A stretch of DNA of 64,000 bases from positions 28,272,001-28,336,000 of the forward strand of contig CM060734.1 in the NCBI GenBank assembly GCA_030704615.1. The letters are read 5' to 3'. A program made the translations under genes and the position numbers. Of the stretch, positions 24,701 to 38,381 are shown one piece after another. The notes under the pieces are model-generated. The model was not told where the DNA came from. It was given only the letters and a program-made list of their open reading frames with translations, and did no database searches. The stretch is from Takakia lepidozioides. Its lineage: Eukaryota > Plantae > Bryophyta. Position 1 is the first letter of the stretch. Each line of letters begins with the position of its first letter.

Positions 24701-26265
24701 GATACTTTGGCGGTGTTCGACGTGGATATCCAGTACAAACCGGGACGAGACAACGTGGTGGCCGATGCTTTAAGTAGAAAGCAGCAGCTCTTGTTGGTGT
24801 ACAAGGGCGAGACGACGCTCCAAAGGAAGATCCGGAAGGCTTGCCGGAAGGATGAGCTGGCGAAGTCCGTGATGCAGGACTTGAGGATGGGGGGTAAATC
24901 GCAGTTCCACTTGCAAAATGGACTGCTCCGGTATAAGCAAAAACGTCTCTACGTGCCGAAGGGAGGGATAAGAGATAGCCTCTTGAGAGAATGCCATGAT
25001 AGCCCGCTTGCGGGCCACGGCGGAGCCAAGCGCACTGCGTCACTCTTGAAGAAAGAGTATTTCTGGCCCAAACTGAGGGAGGAGGCAGAGGAGTATGTCA
25101 AGACATGCACCACATGCCAACAAAACCGGAGCGAGTACAAAAAGCAAGCGGGGCTGTTACAACCCTTGCCAATTCCAGAGGGGACTTGGGAAAGCGTCTC
25201 GATGGATTTCATGACTGCTATGCCGCTGTCAAAAGGATTCGATGCAATCATGGTGGTGGTGGATAGGTTCAGTAAAATGGGTCATTTCATCCCCACCAAG
25301 GAGACGGCAACGGCGCAGGAGACAGGGCGACTTTACTTCGCCCACGTCTTAAACATCATGGAGTCCCGAAGGATATTGTCTCGGACCGCGATCCAAAGTT
25401 TACGAGTAAATTTTGGAGGGCACTTTGGAAGAAGATGGGGACGAGGCTGAAGATGAGCACCGCCTTCCAACCTACGACCGACGGCCAAACAGAAAGGTGA
25501 ATTCCGTAGTGAAGCAGATCTTGCGGAATTACGTGTCGGCAGACCAAACAGACTGGGTGGAACACTTAGACGCGGCAGAGTTCTGTTATAATAACACAGA
25601 ACACTCCGCAACGGGAGTTTCCCCTTTCGTATTGGTCTATGGAAAAGCACCTCTGGTGCCGACAAGTTGGGCCGCCCAGGACGTTGAGGAACCGGCAGTA
25701 GCGGCGGTACTGGAAGAACGCGAGCGTTTGTTGAAGCTCGCAAAGTACAATATTGCCAAAGCTAGGAAACGGTATGAAAGGCAGCGAATCGGAAGCGGAG
25801 GGAAGTGAAGTTTGAGGCAGGCACAAGGTCTGGTTGAACATCAAGAATTTCCGACTACCTCCGGAAGTGAGTCCGAAGTTCGTACCTCCGTATGCGGGAC
25901 CCTTTCGCATTCGGAAGGTTATGAATGAGGATGTGTATGAATTGGAGCTGCCGGCAAACAGTAAGGTGCACCCAGTATTCCATGTATCCCTTTTGAAGCC
26001 TTACTTCAAAGATGAAGCGCGTCCGAATCGGCATCAAGTGTTGCGTCCACCACCTATGCTGTTGGATCATGAAAATGAACCTGAGTACGAGGTGGAGGCA
26101 ATACTTAAGTCGAGGAGGTTCAGGAACCGAGAAACAGAGTATCTCGTCAAATGGAAGGGCTATCATCATGTGGAGGCATATTGGGTGCGTGCCTCAGAAA
26201 TGGGAAACGCATCCGAGGCGGTTGCAGCTTTTGAAGGGCGACCTCAAAAGCGGAAGAAGCGTTGA
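21707..26265 (+). pseudogene. Chromovirus gag-pol (gag, CCHC, PR, RT, RH, INT, chromodomain) with stops and frameshifts
   Basis: [59 protein letters not shown]. Stops at 22258, 23752 and 24079; frameshifts in INT. Confidence 0.93.
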
Positions 26266-29200
26266 TGGGGACATCAACCTTGGAGCGTGGGAGAGGAAAT
26301 GCATGCTTAGCCCGGCTTAGCTAGCTCAGGAATCCAATTGCAAAAACTTGTATTGTACAAAATTTGCTTTAAATGAAATGTTTCAAAATGTTGTGCTTCC
26401 TATTTTTGTTTGGAATGGCGATGCATGGTATGGTTGGCTAGTGTGTAGAAGGCATGCTAGCTTACAAAAGCGGGAGAGGTAAATTGGGTTAATCGTGTGT
26501 TTGCACGGTGCCGAAATCGGGTGACTCCCATCCAAGGGGCAAGGAAACTTGCGCCTTCTTTGGGAGTTCACGTGCTAGTGCGCACCTGGCGCATGCGCGT
26601 ACTATAACTGCGCTACCGAGGGGGTTGCCTTGTAGTGCGGGCTAACGCGGAAGCTACGTGCTTCCGTTCACGTACTATAATCGTGTAGCCTCGGGACGAA
26701 GTCGTAGTGCAGCTTCGGCGTGTTCCTGTACCTCAGGCCAGCATTCCAAGGCGGACCCAATTGTAGTGATTGGGGCGCACGGTTGGTTCAAGGTTATCTT
26801 CCTAGTCAAAGAGGGTTCCAGGTGAACCCTTGCTCAACGTGATGCCAAAAGCGGCATCATGAGCGATCGCAAGCAATGTTGTTGCAGTAAGGCGATTCGA
26901 TCCTCGGGGAGGATCGTTCCTTGGCCTTGAAGTAGGCCAAGAAGAGTGCACTGGGAGGAGCTGGAGAGGCCCACCCTTGGCCGGGACTTGGAGGAAGTCG
27001 GCCGAACTAGCTAGTGGAGAGTAGAGTCAAGTGTGGGGTTTGGTTCTTTGTCATGGGACGCCATGGTACGGAAACAAACTCCTTGATGTGGGACGCCACA
27101 ACTTGGATGTTCGTTTCTACAAAATGAACAAGTCGATGAGGACATCGACTCCCTGTTGGTAGGGGTGTGTGTCGCGGCCCTTTGCCTTGAGGGCAAGGGG
27201 GTCGGGACACATGAGGGGTTGCCCCTGTGGTGGGGGCAGCGGCAGCGATAGGTATGGGGGGCTGAAGCACCCTTGAGTGCCCAAGGCACCCAAGAAGGCG
27301 GAGGCGCTCACTAGGTGGAGCCCCGCACACCGGGTTGCGGTGGGGGTGGCTCCACAAAGGGTGGTGGTAGCTTAGCGGGACTTAGTGGGGGTGGCATAGG
27401 ACTCACCATGGGGGCGGAGACCTCGTGGTGGAAGTCGTGGGGAGTCTTGGGACTCATCACGGTCCATAGGGGCCGTAGTGAGTGGGCCAAGACTCACCGC
27501 GACTCATCACCGGGAGTCGAGGGTTTTCGTGGTGGTTTGCCATAAAATGGCATGGCTGGTTGTGAAACCCCCGCGGACAGCTACAGAAGTATATATAAGG
27601 GGAGTAGTGACCCCGAGAACGGTGCAAGCCCGTTGGTGACCAAAAACTAGTGAGTAAGCGAGCGAGCCGGAAAGCGACCAAAGAGTGGGGAGCTGTTCCG
27701 GACTGCCATCTACCAAAGGGAATTCTCCTAGTCCCAAATAGGTGGAGGGTTTAGTGGGAAGCAAAGGGGGACCGTTATGTCCCGGTGAGCAGCCGAAGCT
27801 CCAAGTTGGCCCGGGCGGCCAGGTTGGGAGTCAGGCGCGCGCATCAAAGCGAGTAACTATGACTTGAAGGGGAGCTTATCGAAGTGAGGTGCGCAACATA
27901 GGTGGTCATAAGAGGCATCTTCTTGCTCTCTTTCACCCCAATGTGCAACCAAGAGTGGTCCAACTCAACTTGCAAGTCATTGTCCACCAAATCAATCCCC
28001 CTTCTAGTCCTTGGGATTTGATTGCAAACTACCATATCTCCATTGCCGAGCAATCATGCATTTGTCTCTTCATCACTTGACAATTGCTCCAAATCAACAC
28101 AAATTATCTCAATGTGTAGGAGCAATGTTTGTCACTTACAATAATGCTCCCAAGCAATCTGCCTTGGATCCCACTCTCACGCCATATGCCTCATTTGGGG
28201 TCTTGCACCAATCCATCATCCATGTGCTCCCCGTGGTCATTTGAATGCATGTTTCATGACCTCTTGGCCTATGTGTTGCTCTCCTTCATCGTAACATGAA
28301 TCAACACCTCTCCACTTCACAAACAAATGGATCTCAAAGGCCTTCACCTCTTGCTAGTTCAAGAGCTCCCATTCTCAAACTTGAACTTACAAACTCAAGC
28401 GAGCATGCTCCACACATGCACCACTTGCTTGGTCAACTATCCACCACAAAGCTCGCACTACCAAGAGCATGAATAGCCAAGTATTGCCTCCCCCTCTTGT
28501 CACATTACATAGTTAGGTTGAAGCTATGCATACATTGAATGATGATTTCCCGTCAAGGATTTCCCACCACATGTTCTCCAAGCCCTTCCAATGGCACCCT
28601 ACCATGATTGGAAGATTTCTTCACATGCTCCCTTTCAAAACCTCTTGAGCTTCTTAGTGCTCTCCAAGTGCTTGCCCTTGTTGTCTTCAAGCCCAAGCAT
28701 ATATAGCTCCTTGGCTTCTCTTCCACAACATCCACACTTTGAACTTGCTTAACCCTAGCTTGATAGTGAAATGAGCACTAACAAGCCTTTAGTCACTCTC
28801 CACAAGCCATGGCGCACACCATCGACTCCATAATGCATACAAAGGATTCTCAAACCCTAGAATCCATGTTCCACACACACAAGACTTCCTCCTTACAATC
28901 CTTGCAAAATCTTGTGACTCAAGAGCTTTCTTCTCAAGCTCTCCAACTCCTTGGTGCATGCAATACTCGAGCACCTTTCCTTGCAACCCCTTGCAAGCCT
29001 TGTGATACAAGAGCTAAATTCTCCTAGCTCTCAACCTCTTTAAAATACAAGTGCAAAACTAATCCTTACACTCCGCACTCACAAGCATAAGGTGATCTTC
29101 TTGTAGTGATAAGAGATGAGAAATGAGAGAAGTAGAAGACAATGAAAGCTCTCAAAGCATGAAGCAATCACACGAAGAACAAGCCCTAGTCCTTCCAAGT

Positions 29201-29527
29201 GAAATCCACTCTATCACATAAACTAAGTCAAGCCAAGGGCACCTTTGCTAAAGGAATCCACCCTACAAAGCCCTCAACACACTCCCTCTCAATACCTAGA
29301 GCTATGGAGGTGAGAGAAGCTCATGGAGGCTCAACTACAAGAAGATGAGCCTCCTCAACACTCACAAGGGGAAAACCTATCTCCATGTCTCAAATGAGGC
29401 TCGACACCTCACTTGGCATGTGAGACCAAATGAAGTCCCAACACACAAAATATAAATATAAATATCTAAAATGTCCTAGTTAACTAGAAGTAGGTAATTC
29501 TAGATAACCATGACTAAAACCATGACA

Positions 29528-32500
29528 GGCTGGATTGTGCTTTTTGGGAACTGATTCAGATCCTTCACCGTCTGATCCGAGTTCCAAATCTCAAGCCATC
29601 TCACTTTTGTCTGGTTGTCAACCATAGAGAGAGTCAGTCCGTGCAATTTCTCCTGTTGCATCTCTGGATGTACATGCTTGTCGTAGTGGGATTTGATTTG
29701 GAGAAGGAACTCCTCCCCAAGTCCGGGATCCACTATTCTCAATTGCTTCAGGAAGGCCGACATCAGCTTCGTTCTCCTTATCTCGTACTCCTTCTTTATG
29801 GCTGCTCCAACTCCTTTAGCAGTCCTCAACTCTTCTGTTGTAGTGCGGTAGTACTCAGATTTCCCCCTCTCGACGGCCTCTGCCAGTTCTTGCTGCAAGT
29901 ATCAACGATTGGATTAGCAGACATACAATTGCAAATTTGTATGTAATAACATAGGAAGAAGTGGTTTGGGCCATACCGCATACATGTACTCCAAAAATGC
30001 ATCTCGGGTCAACGAGTAGCAGGTCCCTGCAGATCTTCCTGTTTCGCACTTCTTGATGACATCAGGATGTAGCACTGTGCGGAACTCATCAAGCTTCATC
30101 AAACCAATTCTCTGAATGCGGAATAGTGTGTGGACCAGGCTCGTAGTAACATGTGATTTCTCTGTCGATCTGCAAACAGGGAATACACATTGCATACGTA
30201 AGAAATATTTAACGTTTGGACTTGAAATGCGCACAACATGCAATTTGAAAGGCTATGGGTTTCTGAGGAAGTCCTACTTGTTCACGTCATGCATAGCTGT
30301 CAAAAGTCTGGTGATGTTGTTCCCAGGATCCAGAACCATTGCCTCCACAGCACAATGCTTGTCATTGTCTTTTGAATGGTGTTTCGCAATGTACCCCATC
30401 CAAGCTAGCAAGCGATGGTTCTCGTCCCAAACATAGAACATGTGGTTGCAGAACTGCTGGGTGTTATGTCCAAGCAGTAGAGAGTCTTCGAACTCGTCAT
30501 TCACATCCTTCCAGCAATCATCCCAGTTGTCCGTAATCTCTGGGCTCACTTTTGTGCTGTGACCATTAGTATCCTTCAGTGAGACGTAAAAAACTTGTGC
30601 ACCCATTCTATACCCGTGCACGAAATTTGTTTCCAACTTGGTAATGTCATGCGAAAGTGGAGGACGAACAACAGGCATGGAGATCATCCGGCAGAGAGGG
30701 ATTTCAAGACGTCCTCCAGAGACGATCATGTCCCTAATAACCTCCTGGGAATTTACCTTTTGATATGACATAAGTTGTTTCACCTTGTCAAGGTAGTGCA
30801 ATTCAGGCTCGTCAGTTTCTCAGAACTCTTTGTGGAGTCGTCCCCTTCTCCAGAGCCCTTTGCATCTGTTTCTGCCTGCTTGGACTTTACATTCTTTTGC
30901 ATACCCAAAACCGTCACAACAGCAACATTCAACTGGTGTTCAGGAAAACAGACATTTTAACACACTGACGATCGGTACCGACCATCACTTTGTCTTCTAA
31001 CAAATGAATGGAAATCCTACTTGGTTTCCCAATGCACCTTGACTCCGTTCTCACTAGACTACGATGATCGGTGCCGACCATCAGGATGATGCAAGCGATG
31101 GTCGGTACCGCACATCACCACAAGACAACATTGGGATGCAAACATCCACGAGGTCTAAATGTGATGGTCGGCACCGATCATCACTAGAAGTCAGAACCCA
31201 TTCTATCACTCATTGAACTTGATGTCCTCTTTTGGATTCTGGTGCATTGCCAATCTGTTCAAAAAGTGATGGTCGGTACCGATCATCACAATCAGACTGC
31301 CTTGGGAAGCACAACCCATGAGGTCTAAATGTGATGGTCGGCATCGATCATCACTATAAGTCAGAATCCCCTCTATCACACATTAAACTTGATGTCCTCT
31401 CTTGGATTCTGGTGCATTGCCAATCTGTTCAAAAAGTGATGATTGGTACCGATCATCACAATCAGATTGCATTAGGAAGCGATCCCCATGATGTCTGAGT
31501 GTGATGGTCGGCACCGATCATCACTCTTAGTCAGAATCCCTTCTTTCACCCACTGAACTTGGTCTCCTTTTATGGATTCTGGTGTATTGCCAAACCGTTC
31601 AAACAGTGATGGTCGGTACCGATCATCACAATCAGACTGCCTTGGGAAACACAACCCATGAGGTCTGGATGTGATGGTCAGCACCGATCATCACTTCACA
31701 ACAGAATTTTGCATTTCATTGTATGAGATATAGAGCATAGAAATGGACTTGTAGGCGATGGTCGACACCGACCATCACTTTGCTGTTTCTCCAATTCCAA
31801 ATATGAAGTTGAATGGACATTTCTCCACCTAAAGAATTTCATTGTACAAAGGCTTCCAATGCGAGAAAGGATTTTGGGTTAACATGCAGTCATTGCCGAA
31901 AGTGATGATTGGTACCGACCATCACTATTTAAGTGCCAAGAGATGCACAAACAATGGGAGTTGAATGTGATGGTCGGTACCGATCATCACTTTCCTGAAC
32001 GACCACGCCATTTCTAAACTATTCTGAACAAGAAGGGAATAGACCTCAAAGCGATGATCGTTACCGATCATCACTTTGACGTCATTGCAAGATGCGTCTT
32101 TAGTTCCCTGTCACTCTTGAATCACAATGAACATCGCATTCTTTGCTTAAATAAAGCAATGGCGAAGGTGATGGTCGGCACCGATCATCACTTTCGCCTT
32201 GATACATATTCTTTCCTGCCTGGCTGACTTCCTGAATTTGCTGAAATAAGACACCAACTACAGTCTTCTGTAAAGCGATGATCGCCACCGATCATCGCTT
32301 TTCTCACATCGGGGGACTATCAGTAAAGAGGGAGAAGTGCGTTTGAGAGAACTTACGGATCCCTTCGCCTTCTTCGGCTTCGTGGCTGCATCGCTCGGAT
32401 CGCCCTCTGCAGCTTTCCTCTTCCCTTTTTCATCGGTCTGAACATAAGAAAAAACAATGTATTGATCCCACATGGACTGGAAAACATCAAAACTAATGAG

Positions 32501-32821
32501 AACAGTATTATGCGGATATTGAATGATCACCATTTCTGTCTGATGTAGGGTTTGCTGACTTCCTCCCAGTATGGCGTCCACTGCTCCTCCTTCTGTTGTG
32601 TTGTCTTCGTGCATGAACTCGGCTGGCACTATTTGGTTACCTACGCTCACTGCTCCAGCCGTCGCTGCGACTGCGGCGACCTCACTCTCACTTCCTACAT
32701 GCTCTTCTGCTTGATCTGTCTCCAAGTTCACATGCTGCCTAAGCGCTGCACCATCTTGCATGCGACGCCTCGTCATTTGCTCTCTTGATCTCAACCTCTC
32801 TCTAACCGATGTAAAATACAA
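29528..32821 (-). pseudogene. Element A ParB-like gene, 5' exons
   Basis: IPLCRMISMPVVRP..DITKL..FVHGY..FYVS..VWDENHRLLAW..LLTAMHDVNK; HVTTSLVHTLFRIQ; QEKLHGL..MVDN.TK.RWLEIWNSD; all homologous to element B. Confidence 0.85.
30960..32300. repeat. About 16 copies of 24-bp palindrome GTGATGRTCGGYACCGAYCATCAC (170-bp tandem period in part); 3 more at 10143-10397
   Basis: Copies at 31161, 31266, 31331, 31436, 31501, 31606, 31671, 31902, 31967, 32168 and others. Confidence 0.92.
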
Positions 32822-33519
32822 TGATTTCCTCCTCTTCTGAACAGAACAAGGAACCCTCTCCAGCTTGACTTCCTCTCATCCTCTAAGAAACAAGAATGAT
32901 GAACAGACTCGCTTTCTTCCGAGGTCCCTTCGTTTTGGAAGTGTCCCTGGAACCGTTCGATTCCCTCTTGCATGTCCAATACTTGAACGTACGTGACAGT
33001 GAAAATAGCGTAACCTATTTGGGACAGCTGTTCCTTTGCGCGGTTGTTTTGGGTTCTTGGCGTGTGCAAACATAAATTTGACATGTGTCTTTTTTGTGAC
33101 GGCTTCATTAATATCACCGTTGGACGTCATGGATGAGAATTCTCGAAGTACTTGCCATGAGGCCTACTTAGGATTTAACGGAATATGCGTACGTGGAGAG
33201 TTCTTGGCCCAGGGATTGCATGATCTTGAAACCATCCACATGATCAGACATACTGGATATAGTCATGGCCTGACAAATGAACTAATTACTTCAATTCTCT
33301 TCCCATCATCCCTGCATGGGATCCTCAGGCTGTCTTCAAGGAAGTCGGCGGGTTTTTATTGTTTTGGGGAGACCCCCACAACTAGATGGATTATCTGTCA
33401 GCATTGCTCAGAAGACAATACAGACTGCATGTCACATACGTTAATTTGACGGTGACTTGTCAAGAACCGTCCCACATTGATTAGATGGAATATCATAATA
33501 TGCACAATCTTCAAGGAAC

Positions 33520-34634
33520 GGGTGCTTCCGCACGCCACTTGTTTCTAGAGTTCCACATCTTGAAGGGGATGAGAGATTCGGCTCATGTAAGAGGAAATTG
33601 AACACCCCACCTGGTTCGGATTCCGATTCGCATAGGGCAGACCGTGATAACTTCTCGAAGCCTCGTGTTCCCCTGCATGGCAGATCCATGTCCGGAACCT
33701 CCATTCCGGAGGAACCTCCGACTCGACGGCAGACTCCAGCATCTAACAGTGCCACTGAAATGGTGTAGGAGAGAAACTACCCCCTTGATGTGCTAGAGTC
33801 CGCATGCCCCGACCACGTTTGGCACATAGAACGCACAAGTGCAGGGTCTCGTGTGAAATGGACAGCGATCAGGGCAACTAATTTTGAGAAGTGCACTTCA
33901 TCTATATCCAGAGGCGATGCCCGGACTCCTGCTCCGACTTTCACGGGTTTGATGCGTCCATACGGCCAACCAGAAGCAAAGAACCACAAGTTCTGGTTCT
34001 ACGCAGACGATTGTGGTAGATGTGTGCATGGAACTATGCGTCTTTCCGTGGTGATGAAGCCAACTCCTCCAACCGTTTGGCCCATCAAGGTGGGAACACA
34101 TCTCACAAGTTAGGAGATTGCAATGCTGGAGGAGGCAGGCTTTTCCCTTGCGAGACAACCCCTACTGCATACATGTGTTTCTACTTCTGTGTCCTCTCGG
34201 GTCCCCCCGGCAAATCCTCACTTGTGGCCAACCAAACGAGATGGAAAGCTGGTTCGGCGTTTCCCTCCAACCACTGAACACTTCGGCAAAGTGGAGTCCG
34301 CAAGAATGCTCCAAGCTCGTGTTGCAAGCACCACGGAAGTGCCCGATCCAGATATGGTCGGGTGTACACAATGATCACTTCGACATCTGTTGTTCATGAC
34401 AAAGCATACGACATCACGGTTTCCAATTTTCCCAATTGCACATGTCCTGATTTTGTGAATATGCTATCAACCAGTTTGGGCAAGAGAGGTAAATTCATAC
34501 CCTGCAAACATTTGTATTTCGTATTTTTGAAGAGGATGGTTTGCGATCCCAAACGTGACAACTTCGTTCACCAGGCCACTCTGAGTTTCAACGAGGCCGA
34601 TACTCTATTGCAGCGGGATACAACACATAGGTAG
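33520..34634 (+). pseudogene. Element A transposase C-terminal remnant with SWIM finger (DDE core not seen)
   Basis: PHLEGDERFGSCKRKL, WHIERTSAGSRVK, YDITVSNFPNCTCPDF..IPCKHLYFVF; homologous to 47691-48813. Confidence 0.85.
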
Positions 34635-35427
34635 CATCAACTATGCCATGTGATATATGGACGATCATGCTATGAAATGTGCAATTTGCAACATTGTCAT
34701 GGAAATTCAATTCAAATCAATTCGTTTGCAACATCGTCGGCGGTGCAATGATATGGCGTCTCTTATCCCTCCATTATCCTTCCAACTATACTGAGTGAGC
34801 TCTGAGTGGAAACTTTTAAAAGCACATTCATCATTGCACCGTTCGAAGTGTACATGTCTTCCTGTCGCTATGCACTGCAACCATCTTTTGAAGATGATCC
34901 TAACTCTCATTGTTATTTGGGGAGGGAGCAAGGTCTTCCTGTTGCAGCCTCTATGGCGCACACTTTGTGAGGATATTTCAAACCCTTGTAATTATAAAAG
35001 TGAAACAAACATTTGTAATTGCACAATGTTGGATGCTGCAATTGTAGGCCTCATGGTAGTCTTTATTGTATTCAGCCAAGGATTCCCTTCATTATTCCCA
35101 TGGTCATAGGACCATCCTCGGTTATAGGCGGCGCATGTTCATGCTGACGTGGCATATGACAGCGCAGGGCCACATCAGCATGCTTACATCACGCTCACGC
35201 CACGTCAGTGAGGGGCACGCTCACGCCACGTCACTCCTGCATGAGCGTACGCTCACGCGCAAGGCTCACGCCATTGCGTCGTTGATTTGTTGACATAAAG
35301 TTATGCCCCAATTTGTGAATATGCCTCACAAAACGTAAAATATTCCACTTGGCATCCTATAATTCATAACCGAATCCTTTATGCATGTCAAGCACATGAA
35401 GTAACACACTTTATTGATAGAGTACAA

Positions 35428-36723
35428 TCAAAACATTGTGGCACCTTTCAACTCCCATTGGTGTTCAATGAGGTCATTTCTCAATCTATGATACTGCTCA
35501 AAATTCTCAATTTCTAGAGTACGTAGACGATAAGATTCAAAACTGAGACCTCTGCGAATGCGAATGGGCATTACCGGGTGCTCATCAAATTGGCCTTCAA
35601 AAGCAGTGTCTCGATCGTCATCTATTATCATATTATGAAGTATGACACATGCTAACATGATAGATTTGATAGTGTATACGTCCCACTGTCTTGAAGGGTT
35701 TTGTATGATTGAAAACCTGCTTTGTAGTACACCAAAAGCTCTCTCGACGTCCTTTATCACTGGCTCCTGCATCATTGCAAAATGCGCCCTCTTCTAGTCT
35801 TGAGGCTCATGAATTGTCTGCACAAAAATGGACCAAGAGGGATATATGCCATCTGCCAAGAGGTAATACCTCTTGCAGACATTGTCATTGACAGTGAAGG
35901 TGACATTCTCAGCCTCTCCTTTGAGCAAATTGGCAACCAACAGAGAGTGATCTAGAACGTTAATATCATTGTTTCCACCTGGCAGCCCAAAGAAGGCATG
36001 CCAGATCCAAAGATCCTGAGAGGCAATTGCCTCCAGCACAATGCTGCGGTTTCCATCTTTATCTTGATACTGGCCCTACTAAGAAACAGGGCAGTTCTTC
36101 CAAACATAATGCATACAATCTAAAGAGGCAAACATACCGGGAAACCCGCCCTCGAGTAGTATTGATCCGCATTTGCCTCTGTATGTCTTGTGCAGTTGGT
36201 TGACGAAGGAATTCTTCCTCAAAACAAGCTCGAACTGCAAGCACAAATCTCTTTATAGCCTCCATAGCAGTGGATTCGCTCAACCTGCAGTACTCATCAA
36301 CAGCATCGGCAGCTACTCCATAAGCGAGTATCCTTAATGCCGCTGTGCATTTCTGGATACTCGACAAACCCAACAATCCACACCCATCTACCCTCTGAAT
36401 AAGGATCATAGGCTACAACAGAGTGCATAATCTTCAAGAAAAGATCCCTCCGCATCCTGAACCGACGGCGAAATGTCCTCTCGTCATACACAGGTGATTC
36501 AGAGAAGTAATCTCTCCAAATCCTCTCATGTCGAGCGTGCCTCTCTCTATCAACATTAGCTGCTTTCCCTGGTCTCGATCCACGCCTAGCTTTAACCCTG
36601 CGCGAAGAATGATCACAACTAGCAGTAGCAATAACACCAATGATCATCCTCAGCATCATCTTCTACCTCCCTCCTAATCTCAGCTTGAAAATTTTGATTC
36701 AGTTCACGCCTCCAAGCATCCAT
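35428..36723 (-). pseudogene. PIF/Harbinger transposase, disrupted
   Basis: FRRRFRMRRDLF, QKCTAALRILAYG, SLDCMH..WKNCP, YYLADGIYP, KDVERAFGVLQSRF. One TIR GGAGATGCTC ends at 37005 followed by TAA; the other end was not found. Confidence 0.92.
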
Positions 36724-37615
36724 TGTATGTGTACACAAAGTGAATGTGTGAGAAAATTGTGAAATAAACGCTTGAGATTGAAACACTCTCGCAGCTTCTC
36801 CCTGACGTGCTCTCGTAGCTTCCCGCCACATGCTATTCCGTTGGGGTCGTTGTCAGCGAGCCCGACGGCATATAACGTTGGCTTTTCCGCGTCTGCGGTG
36901 GGTCAATGCATTGAGAGCGACGTAAAATAATATTTAGCGTACGGAATAGGTGTCCCTATATGGAGCTTTACAATTAAGTTTTCAGTGGATAGGGTGGAGA
37001 TGCTCTAACAACTGTACATAGAAGCCTAGAATTCTCACTTGAAACCTGCGACAGTGAAGCGGCTATGGTGTGAGTACGCGGGTGGCAACGCAAAGCTGTG
37101 TGGGGGTCGGTATATGCAAAAAAACGGCGGTATGACAGGTTTTGTTAAAGGTCTGCGCATCTTATCCAAGATCTGTACACGTGGCACATTAATTCAATTG
37201 AAAATTATTTTGTCATTGAAATGTGATGAGTAGGGTTTTATTAGACGACACAATAGCTAAAGCTCGGCAAAGGAAGGATATTCAGGATTTTCGATGGGAT
37301 CGGCTGCAATTCATAAGGGTGACATACCGGGAGACCAGGCTGCAACAGTACAAAAACTATGAAAACCTTCCCCAATCTCATGCTGAGCTAGAAAAGGTGT
37401 CAAATCACTAGGTACTCATGAACAAAAAAATTAGTAGTTAAGCATGATCTCCGTATGGAATTTTTGGGACAACCATTATGCAACTCGCGGGAATTGTGTG
37501 GCATAAAAAACATTCATCTGCTTTGTTACTCCCTTGATGTTTTGTTTTGATTGTCGACAAGAGTGCAAGTGGGTTAAGAAAGGTGGAATTTCTACCATTT
37601 ACAATACAACACTAA

Positions 37616-37949
37616 GAGCATCCCCACCGGTGTCCCTAAATGCCACGGCAACGGTACTTGAGCCCCCGGCCTTGGTATCCGCACCCCCGGGGCCCGCACT
37701 TTGGTGCAGGATACGGCCCCTTGTGAGCATGGCCGGTACCTGCTGGAGCGACTAAAAAGCACGCCGGCGTGCATTTATGGCGTGATGGTAAGGCGGTGTC
37801 TACCAGGTGGTCCCTCCGCAGCAAGGCATGTCATCAAAAATTACATGTGCAGGGTAGTTTGATGGAGTTGCCGCTGGGGGAGGGGAGTGTTCGAAGCCGC
37901 TGGAGGTTACCGTGCAGTGGTGTTTAGTGTCCCCCCCCTGGAGATGCTC
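37616..37949. mobile_element. Tourist-like MITE 1
   Basis: TAA|GAGCATCCCCA ... TGGAGATGCTC|TAA; same TIR as the adjacent Harbinger. Confidence 0.88.
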
Positions 37950-37952
37950 TAA

Positions 37953-38381
37953 GGGCCAACTTCCATGTCCCGGCCAAGTTATCCAAAGTTAGCTGACGTC
38001 AGTGGAGCATGGCCGACTGGTGGCATGGATGGTTGCTTTTATGTGCATAGGGTTAGAAAGCAATGGGGCAGTAGGTCTGCCTCGCTGTCCAAGGCCAGGA
38101 CCACTCGGCAAATGGTGGGTCCCGCAGGAAAAAGTGTGGCGGTCCCCCCCCCAAGCAATGTGCACAAAGGTGACCACCTTTGCAGCAGGTAGATGAGACA
38201 TGGCAATTACCGAGATTACCGGCCATGAACTCGGGCGCCAAATTCCCAAGTATTGCGCTCACCGTTTCCGACCACCGATATCTGGGCGCTGGTGAAAATT
38301 AACACATGGAAGCACGGTGTCATTTTTGTCATCTAGTGCAATCTTAATCTTGGTCGACGGCCAGGACATGGAAGTTGGCCC
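37953..38381. mobile_element. Tourist-like MITE 2
   Basis: TAA|GGGCCAACTTCCATGTCCCGGCC ... GGCCAGGACATGGAAGTTGGCCC|TAA (23-bp TIR, 1 mismatch). Confidence 0.9.

Larger units (their letters stand above)
20923..27898 (+). mobile_element. Full-length chromovirus (Ty3/Gypsy with group I chromodomain), TSD TAGGT
   Basis: 729-bp TG..CA LTRs at 20923-21651 and 27170-27898; TAGGT at 20918-20922 and 27899-27903; PBS, PPT and gag-pol present. Confidence 0.96.
10882..29527 (-). mobile_element. Ty3/Gypsy retrotransposon with C5 DNA methyltransferase and PHD finger (copy 1), 4-bp TSD GGCT
   Basis: Ends TGTCG (10882) and TGACA (29527); GGCT at 10878-10881 and 29528-29531. Removing it restores the host exon frame (STIQPGTKVEG). 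Order is gag-PR-MTase-RT-RH-INT-PHD. Confidence 0.85.
9680..35289. mobile_element. Element A: ParB-gene-carrying Mutator-like element, left-truncated and interrupted by the 10882-29527 insertion
   Basis: Exon-by-exon homology to element B; shared terminus at 35289; SWIM remnant at 33520-34634. Confidence 0.8.

Noticed and set aside
20852-28509. Extra solo LTR bounded by TGTAATG...CATTACA
   Set aside because: Flanks GGGTT and TAGTT do not form a clean TSD, and there is no second copy in the window.
27904-29100. Short ORFs or degenerate gag-like sequence
   Set aside because: Only weak, unconvincing similarity; treated as non-coding leader.
30960-32300. CRISPR array
   Set aside because: Spacers are themselves repeated (170-bp period), spacing is irregular and the array is intronic.
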